NCBI GenBank assembly: GCA_035700105.1
Contig: DASSOZ010000008.1
Coordinates: 3,385-67,384 of the forward strand
Source: Acidimicrobiales bacterium
GTDB taxonomy: Bacteria; Actinomycetota; Acidimicrobiia; Acidimicrobiales; DASSOZ01
Length of the DNA: 64,000 nt
Direction: 5' to 3'
Below the pieces are notes generated by a model. It was not told the origin of the DNA and did no database searches. It worked only from the letters and a program-made list of their open reading frames with translations. Positions 9,180-18,687 of the stretch are shown here, piece after piece. Each line of letters begins with the position of its first letter. Position 1 is the first letter of the stretch. Both the position numbers and the translations under genes were made by a program.

Positions 9180-9910
9180 ACGATGTTGCCGACGCGGTGC
9201 GGGTGGTGCGGATCGGACGACCGGAGAAGCGCAACGCGATCAACTCCGAGGCGGCCGAGCGGCTGTTCCAGGAGTTCGTCGCGTTCGAGGCCGACTCGTC
9301 GCAGCGCGTCGCCGTGCTGACGGGGGACGAAGCGGCGTTCTGCGCGGGCGCCGACCTGAAGGACCTCCCGAGGTTGCGTCCGTCGGGTCCGCTCGGACCG
9401 ACCCGGCTACAGCTCTCGAAGCCGGTGATCGCCGCGATCGAAGGGTGGTGCGTCGCCGGCGGCCTGGAGCTCGCGGTGTGGTGCGACCTGCGGGTGTGCG
9501 GGTCGTCGGCCGTGTTCGGCTGCCTGGAGCGGCGGTGGGGCGTGCCCCTGATCGACGGCGGGACGCAGCGGTTGCCGCGCATCGTCGGGCTCGGCCGAGC
9601 GTTGGACCTCGTGCTGACGGGCCGCGAGGTGCGCGCCGACGAGGCGCTCGCCATGGGTCTGGTGAACCGCGTCGTCGCCGACGGGTCCGCGCTCGACGCC
9701 GCGGTCGAACTCGCGTCGACGATCGCGTCGTTCCCGTGGGCCTGTGTCGAGTCCGACCGCGGCTGCATCTACGAGGGACTGGGGCGACCGCTCGCGGACG
9801 GGTTGGACCTCGAGGACCGTCGCGGGCGCGAGGTCATCTTCGCCGAGGGCTTCGGCGACGGCGTCGGGTCGCTGTTCTCTGCCTCGCAGACGTCGCGGCG
9901 CACGTCGTGA
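9176..9910 (+). CDS. enoyl-CoA hydratase/isomerase (crotonase) family protein
   Basis: RIGRPEKRNAINSEAAERL..AFCAGADLKDL..AAIEGWCVAGGLELAVWCDLR. ATG 9176 overlaps the upstream stop (ATGA). Confidence 0.85.
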   Translation: MNDVADAVRVVRIGRPEKRNAINSEAAERLFQEFVAFEADSSQRVAVLTGDEAAFCAGADLKDLPRLRPSGPLGPTRLQLSKPVIAAIEGWCVAGGLELAVWCDLRVCGSSAVFGCLERRWGVPLIDGGTQRLPRIVGLGRALDLVLTGREVRADEALAMGLVNRVVADGSALDAAVELASTIASFPWACVESDRGCIYEGLGRPLADGLDLEDRRGREVIFAEGFGDGVGSLFSASQTSRRTS

Positions 9911-10068
9911 CCATCGAGACCGTCATCGACTGCATCGACTGCGGCGGCCGCTGCTACGTCGTCCAGCCGTGGCCCGACGACGACCCGCCCGTCGCCGGTG
10001 ACATCGTCACGTACCGCTGCGCCGAGTGCGGGGACCGCTGGGACCTGGTCGTCCCGGACGACGAGTGA
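9907..10068 (+). CDS. 53-aa zinc-ribbon-like protein
   Basis: MTIETVIDCIDCGGRCYVV...YRCAECGDRWDLVVPDDE (CxxC...CxxC). Very high GC3. GTG 9907 overlaps the crotonase stop (GTGA). Confidence 0.55.
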   Translation: MTIETVIDCIDCGGRCYVVQPWPDDDPPVAGDIVTYRCAECGDRWDLVVPDDE

Positions 10069-10070
10069 TC

Positions 10071-10139
10071 GCATCCTCCCACACAGTCGCATTTTTTCGC
10101 CCAACTCGGACACGAAAACACGAGTGTGTGGGAGGATGC
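10071..10139. repeat. 69-nt palindromic element, family 2 copy E (15-bp perfect terminal arms)
   Basis: GCATCCTCCCACACA ... TGTGTGGGAGGATGC with a 39-nt interior containing TTTTCG/CGAAAA. Lies between convergent genes. Related copy at 59182..59250. Confidence 0.85.
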
Positions 10140-10152
10140 GCGGGCGGCGCGG

Positions 10153-10371
10153 TTAGTCGAGCCCGCGCTCGGCGCGGAGTCGCTTCCACCGGCGCGCACG
10201 GAACAAGCCGAAGACCAGGTAGGCGCCCCCGGCGACGACGAGGACGAGACCGACGGCGTCGCCGAGGACGAGACCGATGACGACGAGTGCCCAACCGATG
10301 CCGGCGTCGACGAGGAGGATCGTCTTCCAGTTGGCCGCGTATGCGGCGCGGTCGTCGGTGAAGCGCGACAT
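10153..10371 (-). CDS. small membrane protein (two predicted TM helices)
   Basis: 72 aa, ILLVDAGIGWALVVIGLVLGDAVGLVLVVAGGAYLVFGLF. Its ATG at 10371 directly follows the upstream crotonase stop (TAGATG). Confidence 0.55.
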   Translation of the reverse strand: MSRFTDDRAAYAANWKTILLVDAGIGWALVVIGLVLGDAVGLVLVVAGGAYLVFGLFRARRWKRLRAERGLD

Positions 10372-11223
10372 CTAGCGCGGTCGCTCCCCGTAATCGCCGA
10401 AGGGCCGGTCCCGATCGCGGACCGCTTGTCGGAACCCGACGTCGGCTGCCCGCTTCACGAAGTCGGCGCCCTCGGGTGTGTGGCGTGCGATGCCGTCGAA
10501 CAGGCTGCCGAGGAGTCGCGTCGTGCCGAGCCCCATGTGCTCGGCCGTCTGGTTGCAGAGCAGCTTCAGCATCTGCAGTTGGTTGAGCGGAACCTGCGCC
10601 ATGCGTTGCGCCAGCGCGGCGGCGTGGTCCTGCAGGTCGTCGTCGTCCACGACCTCGAGGATCAGCCCGAGTTGCGCGGCCTTCTCGGCGGGGATCTCGT
10701 CGCCGGTGAGCAGGTAGCGCTTGGCCTGCTCCAGGCCCATGCGGTGCACCCACATCGCCGTCGTCGGTGTTCCCCACACGCGCGACGGCGGGTAGCCGAA
10801 CGTGGCGTTGCGGGCGGCGACGATCATGTCGGCGCACAGGACCATGTCGCTGCCACCCGCGATGCACCATCCCTGCACGGCGGCGATCGTCGGCTTCGAC
10901 GCGTACCAGAGCTTCATGTAGACGTCGACGAACGTGCTGATGAGCGCGAGGTCGGCCATCGGGTCCCACGGGCGGTGGGCGCGGTCGGCCTCGTCGGCGT
11001 CACGCGCCTGCGCCGCCGTCGACCAGTCGAGCCCGTAGCCGGCGCAGAACGCGGGGCCCTCGGCCCTGAGGAGGACCACGCGCACGTTCGTGTCGCGGTC
11101 GGCGTCGTCGAGTGCGGCGCCGAGCTCGTCCCTCAGTTCCGGCGTGATCGTGTTGTACTGCTCGGGCCGGCACAGGATGACGTGGCGCACGGCGCCGTCG
11201 GTCTCGGTGCGGACGGCGGTCAT
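10372..11223 (-). CDS. enoyl-CoA hydratase/isomerase (crotonase) family protein
   Basis: RPEQYNTITPELRDEL..PAFCAGYGLD..AAVQGWCIAGGSDMVLCADM. Confidence 0.85.
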   Translation of the reverse strand: MTAVRTETDGAVRHVILCRPEQYNTITPELRDELGAALDDADRDTNVRVVLLRAEGPAFCAGYGLDWSTAAQARDADEADRAHRPWDPMADLALISTFVDVYMKLWYASKPTIAAVQGWCIAGGSDMVLCADMIVAARNATFGYPPSRVWGTPTTAMWVHRMGLEQAKRYLLTGDEIPAEKAAQLGLILEVVDDDDLQDHAAALAQRMAQVPLNQLQMLKLLCNQTAEHMGLGTTRLLGSLFDGIARHTPEGADFVKRAADVGFRQAVRDRDRPFGDYGERPR

Positions 11224-11587
11224 GCTCCGTAGATTGGCCGTTGTGCGGGTCGTGTCGCTGCACCACGTGAATGTGCGGGTCGACGACCTGGCTGCCGCAG
11301 CCGCGTTCTACGAGTCGGTGTTCGGCCTGGAACGCATCGACCGTCCCGACGCGATGCCCGGCGAGGGCTGGTGGTACGACCTGGGCGACGGGCGCCAACT
11401 GCACGTGTCAGAGGGCGGCGCCGGCGTGGCTGATTCGAAGCAGCACTTCTGCGTGCTCGTGGACGACTGGCGGGGCGCGATCGCCGACGCGCGAAACGCC
11501 GGGCTCGACGTCGAGGTGCGGGAGCCGACGGGCCAGGCGTTCGTCCGTGACCCGGCGGGCAACCGCATCGAGCTCAACCAGGCCTGA
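11222..11587 (+). CDS. VOC/glyoxalase family protein
   Basis: VVSLHHVNVRVDDLAAAAAFYESVFGLE..HFCVLVDD..FVRDPAGNRIEL. ATG 11222 shares CATG with the divergent crotonase start; GTG 11243 is an alternative. Confidence 0.8.
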   Translation: MLRRLAVVRVVSLHHVNVRVDDLAAAAAFYESVFGLERIDRPDAMPGEGWWYDLGDGRQLHVSEGGAGVADSKQHFCVLVDDWRGAIADARNAGLDVEVREPTGQAFVRDPAGNRIELNQA

Positions 11588-11673
11588 CGATCCGCCATTC
11601 GGCGGAGGCGCCGTTCGCGCCGTTCGCCCTAGGCTCGGCTCACCGTCCGACCGCGGACGGGGAGGGGGCAACC

Positions 11674-12048
11674 ATGAACATCCGACGACTCGCCGCGGGC
11701 GCGGCGGTATCGACGATCGCGCTCGTCGGCGCCGCGGCGCCGGCGTTCGCGCACGAGTGCACGAACCTCGACAAGAACGCGCACAATCCCGGCGGCGGTG
11801 CGCAGTTCGTCTTCGGTGACGGCGACGAACCGGTGTCGGCGAAGACCGGCGCCCTCAAGCGGGTGGAGAAGGGCATCCTCACCGAGGACAACTTCCACGG
11901 TCTGATCGGGCTCGACTTCGACGGCGACGGCGCTGCGGACGCCACGACGTTCATCGTCGGGCCGGGCGGCGAGATCCCGCTCAACGCGCAGCTGAACGGC
12001 TCGCCGGACCACGGGATCGTCAACCTCTGCGGCACCGGCTGCGACTGA
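11674..12048 (+). CDS. small secreted Cys-containing protein, paralogue 1 (predicted mature N-terminus HEC)
   Basis: Signal peptide MNIRRLAAGAAVSTIALVGAAAPAFA followed by HEC. GGGGAGGGGG Shine-Dalgarno-like run upstream. C-terminal similarity to the 23196..23546 product. Confidence 0.7.
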   Translation: MNIRRLAAGAAVSTIALVGAAAPAFAHECTNLDKNAHNPGGGAQFVFGDGDEPVSAKTGALKRVEKGILTEDNFHGLIGLDFDGDGAADATTFIVGPGGEIPLNAQLNGSPDHGIVNLCGTGCD

Positions 12049-12054
12049 CCACCG

Positions 12055-14166
12055 TCACGACTTGAACAGGAACTCCGCTTCCTCGTCGTCGACGAGGAAG
12101 CGGATCTCCTCCTCCAACTCGGCGTGCGCCGACAGCAACGGGTCGGCGTCGACGATCGAGAAGGCGACCTCGCGCGCGGTGCGCACCAGCTCCTTGTCAC
12201 GCCGCAAGGAGGCGAGCTTGAGGTCCGACCGGCCCTTCTGGCGTGTTCCCATGATCGTCCCCTCGCCCCGCAGCTCGAGGTCGACCTCGGCGAGCTCGAA
12301 GCCGTCGGTCGTGCGCTCCAACGCCGCCAACCGCTCCTCGCCGTCGGGCGACGTCGGGTCGCCCAACAGGTAGCAGTACGACACCGCCGCGCCGCGACCG
12401 ACGCGGCCGCGCAACTGGTGGAGCTGGGCGATGCCGAAGCGATCGGCCGACTCGATGACCATCACCGTCGCGTTCGGGACGTCGACACCGACCTCGATCA
12501 CCGTCGTCGACACCAGGACGTCGATGTCGCCGCGGCGGAAGTCGCTCATCGCCGCTTCCTTGTCCTTCGCCGACATGCGCCCGTGCAGCAGTCCCAGTCG
12601 GAGACCGGCGAGCTCGCCGGCCGCCAGGCGGTCGTGCTCCTCCTCGGCTGACCGGGCTTCGATCTTCTCCGAGTCCTCGATCAGCGGGCACACCACGTAC
12701 GCCTGGTGACCGTCGCGGACCTCCGAACGCACCCGGTCCCACGCCGCCGACTCCTCGAGCGGGCCACGCGCCCACACCGTCGTGATCGGCGTGCGCCCGG
12801 GCGGCAGCTCGTCGAGCACGGTCATGTCCAGGTCGCCGTACACCGTCATCGCCGCGGTGCGCGGGATCGGCGTCGCCGTCATCACCAACACGTCGGGGTC
12901 GTCCCCCTTCCCCCGGAGCGCGGCGCGCTGCTCGACACCGAAGCGGTGCTGCTCGTCGATGACGACGACGCCCAACGACCGGAACGCGACGCCCTCGGTC
13001 AACAGCGCGTGGGTGCCGATCAGCAGGTCGACCGAACCGTCGAGCAGACCCGTGGACAGCCGGTCGCGCTCCTTCGCCGTCGTGCGGTTGGTCAACAGCT
13101 CGACCCGCACCGGTCGATCGGCGAACAGCGACCCGGTCGAGTCCGGCACCGTCAACCCCGACAGCAGATCGCGCACCCCGAGGTAGTGCTGCTCGGCGAG
13201 CACCTCCGTGGGCGCCATCAGCGCGCCCTGATAACCGCCCTGCACGGCTACCAACAGCGCGGTGAGCGCGACCAGCGTCTTGCCGGCGCCGACGTCGCCC
13301 TGCAGCAACCGGTGCATCGGATGCGGACCGGCGAGATCGGAGGCGATCTCGTCGATCGCCCGCAGCTGCGCGCCGGTCAGCGGGAACGGCAACGACGCGT
13401 GGAACCGCGGCACGAGCTCGCCGTCGACGACGTGGCGGATGCCTTTCGACTCGCGCTCGATCGCCCGCTTGCGCATGACGAGGATCATCTGCAGGCGCCA
13501 CAGCTCGTCGAATGCCAGCCGCTTGCGAGCAGCAGCAGCGGCCGCCATCGACTCCGGATCGTGGATCTGACGGAACGCCCAGGTGCGATCGACCAACTCC
13601 AGCGCGTCGCGTGCTCGGCTCGGCAACGGATCGACGAGCGAGCCGGCCCGCCCGAGAGCTTCCTCGACCCACTCGGCGAGCTCCCACGTCGACACGCCGG
13701 CCTTCTCCGACTGCGGGTACAGCGGCACGATCCGACCGGTGCGGTTGCCGACCAGGTCGACGACCGGGTTCGTCATCTGCCGCCGGCCACGGAACACCTC
13801 GACGCGACCGAAGACGGCGACCTCGGCGCCCTCCCGGAGCTGCTTCGACCGCCACGGTTGGTTGAAGAACGTGCACTTCAGATACGACGACCCGTCGAAC
13901 AGCTCGACCTCGACCATCGCCCGCCGCGCACGCGTCTGGCGCGTCGACACCTTCCGGACCGTCGCCAGCACCAGCGCTTCCTCGCCGACCACGAGGTCCC
14001 GGATCGAGACCTGGTTCGTGCGGTCGATGTAGCGACGCGGGTAGTGCGTGACGAGATCGAGCACCGTCGAGATGTCCATCTCGGCGAGCGCCGAGCGCTT
14101 CTTCTCGCCGACGCCCTTCAGGACGTCGACGGGGATCGTGCCGAGGCGGCTGAGCGGCCGGGCCAC
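12055..14166 (-). CDS. recG: ATP-dependent DNA helicase RecG
   Basis: 703 aa; wedge/OB N-terminal domain, Walker A DVGAGKT, DEQHRFG, and the TATPIPRT and [12 protein letters not shown] helicase motifs. Confidence 0.95.
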   Translation of the reverse strand: MARPLSRLGTIPVDVLKGVGEKKRSALAEMDISTVLDLVTHYPRRYIDRTNQVSIRDLVVGEEALVLATVRKVSTRQTRARRAMVEVELFDGSSYLKCTFFNQPWRSKQLREGAEVAVFGRVEVFRGRRQMTNPVVDLVGNRTGRIVPLYPQSEKAGVSTWELAEWVEEALGRAGSLVDPLPSRARDALELVDRTWAFRQIHDPESMAAAAAARKRLAFDELWRLQMILVMRKRAIERESKGIRHVVDGELVPRFHASLPFPLTGAQLRAIDEIASDLAGPHPMHRLLQGDVGAGKTLVALTALLVAVQGGYQGALMAPTEVLAEQHYLGVRDLLSGLTVPDSTGSLFADRPVRVELLTNRTTAKERDRLSTGLLDGSVDLLIGTHALLTEGVAFRSLGVVVIDEQHRFGVEQRAALRGKGDDPDVLVMTATPIPRTAAMTVYGDLDMTVLDELPPGRTPITTVWARGPLEESAAWDRVRSEVRDGHQAYVVCPLIEDSEKIEARSAEEEHDRLAAGELAGLRLGLLHGRMSAKDKEAAMSDFRRGDIDVLVSTTVIEVGVDVPNATVMVIESADRFGIAQLHQLRGRVGRGAAVSYCYLLGDPTSPDGEERLAALERTTDGFELAEVDLELRGEGTIMGTRQKGRSDLKLASLRRDKELVRTAREVAFSIVDADPLLSAHAELEEEIRFLVDDEEAEFLFKS

Positions 14167-14176
14167 GAACGGCGGG

Positions 14177-15820
14177 CTACTCGACCGCCAAGAGGTACGG
14201 GTACAGCGGCTGGCCGCCGTGGTGCACCTCGGGCGACACGCCCGGCCGGGCCTCGGCGAGCCACTCCGTCAACCGCCGGGTGGTTCCCGCCGTCGCACCC
14301 TCGCCCTCGATGATCGTGACGATCTCGTGCGAGTCGCCGACCATCGCGTCGAGCAACCCGATCGCCGCCTCGTCCACCGTCGAGCCCACGGCGACGATGC
14401 CCTCGTCGGTGAGGCCGATGAAGTCGCCTTCGGCGATCGACCCGCCCGACCACGTCGAGTCGCGCACGGCACGCGTCACTTCGCCCGACGTGATGCGCTC
14501 GAACGCCTCCGTCATCGCCGCGAGGTTCGCGTCGGCGGACGCCTGGGGGTCGTACTCGAGCAGCGCGGCGAATCCCTCGGTGATGGAGGTGGTGCGCAGG
14601 ACGCGCACGGTCTTCGACGTCAAGGCGTCGACCTGCTCCGCCACCGGGATGATGTTCTTGTTGTTCGGCAGGATGACGACCTCGTCCGCGGGCGCGGCCT
14701 CGACCGCCTCCAGCAGCTGTGCGGTGGAGGGGTTCATCGTCTGACCACCGACGACGATCGACTGCACGCCGAGCGAGATGAAGATGCGGCGGATGCCGTC
14801 GCCGGTCGCGACGGCGACGACCGCGGTGGGTACCGGCGTCAGGTCGACCGGCGCCTCGACCGGCGCCTCGCGCACCCACCGCTCCTCCTCGACCTGCTCC
14901 ATCAGGTCGGTCACCCGGATGTTCTTCGGCCGCCCGCAGTCGAGCGCGGCCTCGATCGACGCGCCGATGTCGTCGGTGTGGATGTGGCAGTTCCAGATGC
15001 CGTCGCCGCCCACGACGACGATCGAGTCGCCGATGCCCATCCACACGTCCTTGAACGCGGGGATGGTCTCGTCGGGCGCCTCGAGGAAGTACATGACCTC
15101 GTAGCGCAGGTCGCTGACGGAGCCCTCCTCGTGGGCCGACTCCACGGAGTCGTGCACGAGCGACACGACGGCGGGCGCCGGCGCCGACGACGGCTCCGGC
15201 AGCGGCCGTCCCGCCGACACGTGCAGGAGCACGTCCAACAGGAGGCAGTAGCCGGCCGCGCCGGCGTCGACGACGCCGTGCTCCCGCAGCTTCGGCAACA
15301 GATCCGGCGTGCGGGCGAGCGACGCGCGAGCCTCGTCGCGCGCGGCGTCGAGCACGTCCACGAGCGCCTTGCCCTCCCCGGCCGCCTTGCCCGCCGCGTC
15401 GGCGGACTCACGCACGACCGTCAGGATCGTGCCCTCGACCGGCCGCATCACCGCGGCGTACGCCGCCTCGGATGCCGCGGCCATCGCGTCGGCGAACGCG
15501 CCTCCGTCGGCGGCGTCGAGCGACTTCACGCCGTCGGCCAGCCCCCGCAGCACCTGCGACAGGATCACGCCGGAGTTGCCCCGCGCTCCCATCAGCGACC
15601 CGTGGCTGATGGCCTTGCACACCGAGGTCATGTCGCTCGTCCCGTCGAGCGCGGACACGACCGACTCCAGCGTGAGTGCCATGTTCGTGCCGGTGTCACC
15701 GTCGGGGACCGGGTAGACGTTGAGCCGGTTGAGCGCCTCCTGGTGCGCCCGGAGCGTGTCGCGGTAGGTGGTGACGACGGACTTGAGGTCGTCGGCACGC
15801 AGCCGCTCGAGCGTCTCCAC
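14177..15820 (-). CDS. DAK2 domain fusion protein (YloV family)
   Basis: ORF 14177..16249 trimmed to GTG 15820: [41 protein letters not shown]. Lies upstream of recG and divergent from rpmB. Confidence 0.9.
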   Translation of the reverse strand: METLERLRADDLKSVVTTYRDTLRAHQEALNRLNVYPVPDGDTGTNMALTLESVVSALDGTSDMTSVCKAISHGSLMGARGNSGVILSQVLRGLADGVKSLDAADGGAFADAMAAASEAAYAAVMRPVEGTILTVVRESADAAGKAAGEGKALVDVLDAARDEARASLARTPDLLPKLREHGVVDAGAAGYCLLLDVLLHVSAGRPLPEPSSAPAPAVVSLVHDSVESAHEEGSVSDLRYEVMYFLEAPDETIPAFKDVWMGIGDSIVVVGGDGIWNCHIHTDDIGASIEAALDCGRPKNIRVTDLMEQVEEERWVREAPVEAPVDLTPVPTAVVAVATGDGIRRIFISLGVQSIVVGGQTMNPSTAQLLEAVEAAPADEVVILPNNKNIIPVAEQVDALTSKTVRVLRTTSITEGFAALLEYDPQASADANLAAMTEAFERITSGEVTRAVRDSTWSGGSIAEGDFIGLTDEGIVAVGSTVDEAAIGLLDAMVGDSHEIVTIIEGEGATAGTTRRLTEWLAEARPGVSPEVHHGGQPLYPYLLAVE

Positions 15821-15892
15821 GGCTGGGGATCGTACCGGGGGCTCTGCTATCCTCGGACGTTCCACCGACGGACGCTGGAGAGGTCGCGCGCA

Positions 15893-16102
15893 ATGGCATC
15901 GGTTTGTGAGGTGTGCGGGAAGCGCCCCTCGTTCGGCATGAGCCTCAGTCACTCCCACCGGCGCACCAAGCGCCGCTGGAACCCGAACATCCAGCGCATC
16001 CGGGCCCTCGTCAACGGCAGCCCGAAGCGGGTGCACGTGTGCACCGCCTGCATCAAGGCCGGGAAGATCACGAAGCTCCCGCAGCGCCAGGTCGCCGGCT
16101 AG
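15893..16102 (+). CDS. rpmB: 50S ribosomal protein L28
   Basis: Last 69 aa of shadow ORF 14048..16102: [59 protein letters not shown]. Confidence 0.9.
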   Translation: MASVCEVCGKRPSFGMSLSHSHRRTKRRWNPNIQRIRALVNGSPKRVHVCTACIKAGKITKLPQRQVAG

Positions 16103-16130
16103 CGGACCGGCCCGGCCGACCCGACCGACG

Positions 16131-16373
16131 ATGCAGGGCGTGATCAAGTCGTACGACCCGAGCACGGGTGAGGGCGTGGTCGTTCGCGACGTCGACCGCA
16201 GCGAGCACGAGCTCGCCGGCGATGCGCTCGTGGGGTCGATGTTCCGCATGCTGCGCCAGGGTCAGCGCGTGATCTTCGACGTCGACACGGCCGGTCGCGC
16301 GACCCGGCTGCGCCTCGGCTCGGAGATCGACATGGCGACCCCGGCGTTCCCGCCGCCGCCCCGTGGCAAGTAG
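16131..16373 (+). CDS. hypothetical protein, degenerate cold-shock-domain-like
   Basis: MQGVIKSYDPSTGEGVVVRD resembles the start of a cold-shock-domain beta-barrel but lacks the RNP motifs. High GC3. Confidence 0.6.
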   Translation: MQGVIKSYDPSTGEGVVVRDVDRSEHELAGDALVGSMFRMLRQGQRVIFDVDTAGRATRLRLGSEIDMATPAFPPPPRGK

Positions 16374-16398
16374 GTACTAGGCCTCCCTAACGGGAAGA

Positions 16399-16416
16399 CT
16401 GACGTCATGACGTCAG
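16399..16416. promoter_or_regulatory. perfect 18-bp palindrome centred on the pckG start codon
   Basis: CTGACGTCATGACGTCAG; the ATG at 16407 is at the centre. GGGAAG lies 9 nt upstream. Confidence 0.3.
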
Positions 16417-18203
16417 CGCCGACGAGCAACACGCGACTCCTCGCCTGGGTGGACGAAGTCGCCGCCCTCACACAGCCCGACCAGGTCCACTGGTGCGACG
16501 GCTCGGCAGAGGAGTACGACGCACTCGCACAGCTGCTCGTCGACAACGGCACGTTCACCAAGCTCGCCGACGCGAAGCGCCCGAACAGCTACTGGGCCTG
16601 CTCCGATCCCCGCGACGTCGCCCGCGTCGAGAGCCGCACGTTCATCTGCGCCGCCGAGGAGATCGACGCCGGCCCGAACAACAACTGGAAGGCGCCCGAC
16701 GAGATGAAGGCGCAGCTCACGGACTACTTCCGCGGCTGCATGAAGGGACGGACGATGTACGTCGTCCCGTTCTCGATGGGCCCGCTCGGCTCGCCGATCG
16801 CCGAGATCGGCGTCGAGATCACCGATTCGGCGTACGTCGCCGTGTCCATGCGGATCATGACCCGCATGGGCAAGGGTGCGCTCGAGGTCCTCGGCGACGA
16901 CGGTGACTTCGTCCCGTGCCTGCACTCGGTCGGCGCGCCGCTCGCCGACGGGCAGGAGGACGTGCCGTGGCCGTGCGACCCCGACCGCACGACGATCGCC
17001 CATTTCCCGGAAACGCGCGAGATCTGGTCGTTCGGCTCGGGCTACGGCGGCAACGCGCTGCTCGGCAAGAAGTGCTTCGCGCTGCGAATCGCGTCGGTCA
17101 TGGCGCGCGACGAGGGCTGGCTCGCCGAGCACATGCTCATCCTCAAGCTGACGTCACCGGCGGGGAAGACGAAGTACGTCACCGGCGCGTTCCCGTCGGC
17201 GTGCGGCAAGACGAATCTCGCCATGCTCGTCCCGACCCTGCCGGGCTGGAAGGTCGAGACCGTCGGCGACGACATCTGCTGGATGAAGTTCGGCAAGGAC
17301 GGCCGGCTGCACGCCATCAACCCGGAGGCCGGCTTCTTCGGTGTCGCGCCGGGCACGTCGATGAAGACGAACCCGAACGCGATGCTCACGCTCGACGGCA
17401 ACTGCATCTTCACCAACACCGCGTTCACCGACGACGGCGACGTGTGGTGGGAGGGCATGACCGACGACAAGCCGGCGCACCTCACCGACTGGAAGGGCAA
17501 CGACTGGACGCCCGCGTCGGAGACGCCCGCCGCCCACCCGAACGCCCGCTTCACCGCGCCCGCCGCGCAGGACCCGGCGATCGCGCCGGAATGGGAGGAC
17601 GGCGCCGGCGTCCCGATCGACGCCATGCTCTTCGGCGGGCGGCGCTCGTCGGTCGTGCCGCTCATCCACGAGGCGTTCGACTGGGAGCACGGCGTGTTCC
17701 TCGGGTCGATCATGGCGTCGGAGACGACGGCCGCCGCCGAGGGCCCGGTCCGGCTGCGGCGCGACCCGTTCGCGATGCTCCCGTTCTGCGGTTACAACTT
17801 CGGCGACTACTTCGCCCACTGGCTCGACATCGGGCACGCGACGGAGCCGACGAAGCTGCCGAAGATCTTCTACGTCAACTGGTTCCGGAAGGACGCGGCC
17901 GGCAAGTGGCTGTGGCCGGGCTTCGGCGAGAACAGCCGGGTGCTCGAGTGGGTGTTCGAGCGCTGCGACGGCGAGGGCGACGCGGTCGAGTCGCCGATCG
18001 GCATCCTGCCCGGCAGGACCGGCATCTCGACCGACGGGCTCGCCGTGTCCGACGCGGACATGACCGAGCTGCTCCGCGTCGACGTCGAGGAGTGGAAGGC
18101 CGAGCTCCCCGACATCAAGGCGCACCTCGAGCAGTTCGGCGAGCGGACGCCGAAGGAGCTCTGGGCCCAGTACGAGGCGCTCGAGAAGCGCCTCGGCGCC
18201 TGA
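16407..18203 (+). CDS. pckG: phosphoenolpyruvate carboxykinase (GTP)
   Basis: 598 aa; FPSACGKTN kinase-1a motif, WMKFG, FGGRR. Length is typical of GTP-dependent PEPCK. Confidence 0.95.
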   Translation: MTSAPTSNTRLLAWVDEVAALTQPDQVHWCDGSAEEYDALAQLLVDNGTFTKLADAKRPNSYWACSDPRDVARVESRTFICAAEEIDAGPNNNWKAPDEMKAQLTDYFRGCMKGRTMYVVPFSMGPLGSPIAEIGVEITDSAYVAVSMRIMTRMGKGALEVLGDDGDFVPCLHSVGAPLADGQEDVPWPCDPDRTTIAHFPETREIWSFGSGYGGNALLGKKCFALRIASVMARDEGWLAEHMLILKLTSPAGKTKYVTGAFPSACGKTNLAMLVPTLPGWKVETVGDDICWMKFGKDGRLHAINPEAGFFGVAPGTSMKTNPNAMLTLDGNCIFTNTAFTDDGDVWWEGMTDDKPAHLTDWKGNDWTPASETPAAHPNARFTAPAAQDPAIAPEWEDGAGVPIDAMLFGGRRSSVVPLIHEAFDWEHGVFLGSIMASETTAAAEGPVRLRRDPFAMLPFCGYNFGDYFAHWLDIGHATEPTKLPKIFYVNWFRKDAAGKWLWPGFGENSRVLEWVFERCDGEGDAVESPIGILPGRTGISTDGLAVSDADMTELLRVDVEEWKAELPDIKAHLEQFGERTPKELWAQYEALEKRLGA

Positions 18204-18212
18204 GGCCCTTCT

Positions 18213-18263
18213 CGAACTCGGCGTAGATCTGTACCTCTGCGGTACGGATCTACGCCGAGTTCG
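18213..18263. terminator. bidirectional hairpin between convergent genes (17-bp perfect stem with nested 5-bp stem)
   Basis: CGAACTCGGCGTAGATC ... GATCTACGCCGAGTTCG, with inner GTACC/GGTAC. No U-tract. Confidence 0.6.
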
Positions 18264-18270
18264 GTCGAGG

Positions 18271-18687
18271 TCAGTCCATCAGCGCGTAGGACTTCTCCTC
18301 GTGGCGGTGCGAGATCCGCCACCCCTGCGGCGTGCGCACGAGCTCGTCGTGGTACCAGAGGCCGATGAACCAGACCTTGTCCTCGCGCACGACCATCGGG
18401 TTGTGGCAGTAGGTCTTCGCCGTGGCACGGTCGCCGTCGAGCACGACCTTCGGCGCCGCCACCATGTGCTGGAAGCCGACGAAGCCGCCCATCGCCTTGT
18501 CGAGGAACGCCTTGATCTCCGGCAACGTCCCGGCGGGCCCGCCGAAGGCCGTGTAGTCGATGTCGGCGTCGGGGGTGAACACGTCGTCGAGCGCGTCCCA
18601 GTCCCGCGAATCGATCGCGTGCGAGTACGCGGCGAGCAGGTCGTTGATCTCGACGCGGTCGCTCAGCTCCTGCAGGGTCATCGTCAT
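18271..18687 (-). CDS. SnoaL-like / NTF2-fold protein
   Basis: 138 aa from ATG 18687: MTMTLQELSDRVEINDLLAAYSHAIDSRDWDALDDVFTPDA. ATGA overlap with the upstream hydrolase stop. Confidence 0.8.
   Translation of the reverse strand: MTMTLQELSDRVEINDLLAAYSHAIDSRDWDALDDVFTPDADIDYTAFGGPAGTLPEIKAFLDKAMGGFVGFQHMVAAPKVVLDGDRATAKTYCHNPMVVREDKVWFIGLWYHDELVRTPQGWRISHRHEEKSYALMD

Noticed and set aside
18213-18263. CGAAC...GTTCG in the hairpin arms as a LexA SOS box (TCGAAC-N4-GTTCGA)
   Set aside because: The half-sites are 41 nt apart, not 4. They are simply parts of a long stem between convergent genes.
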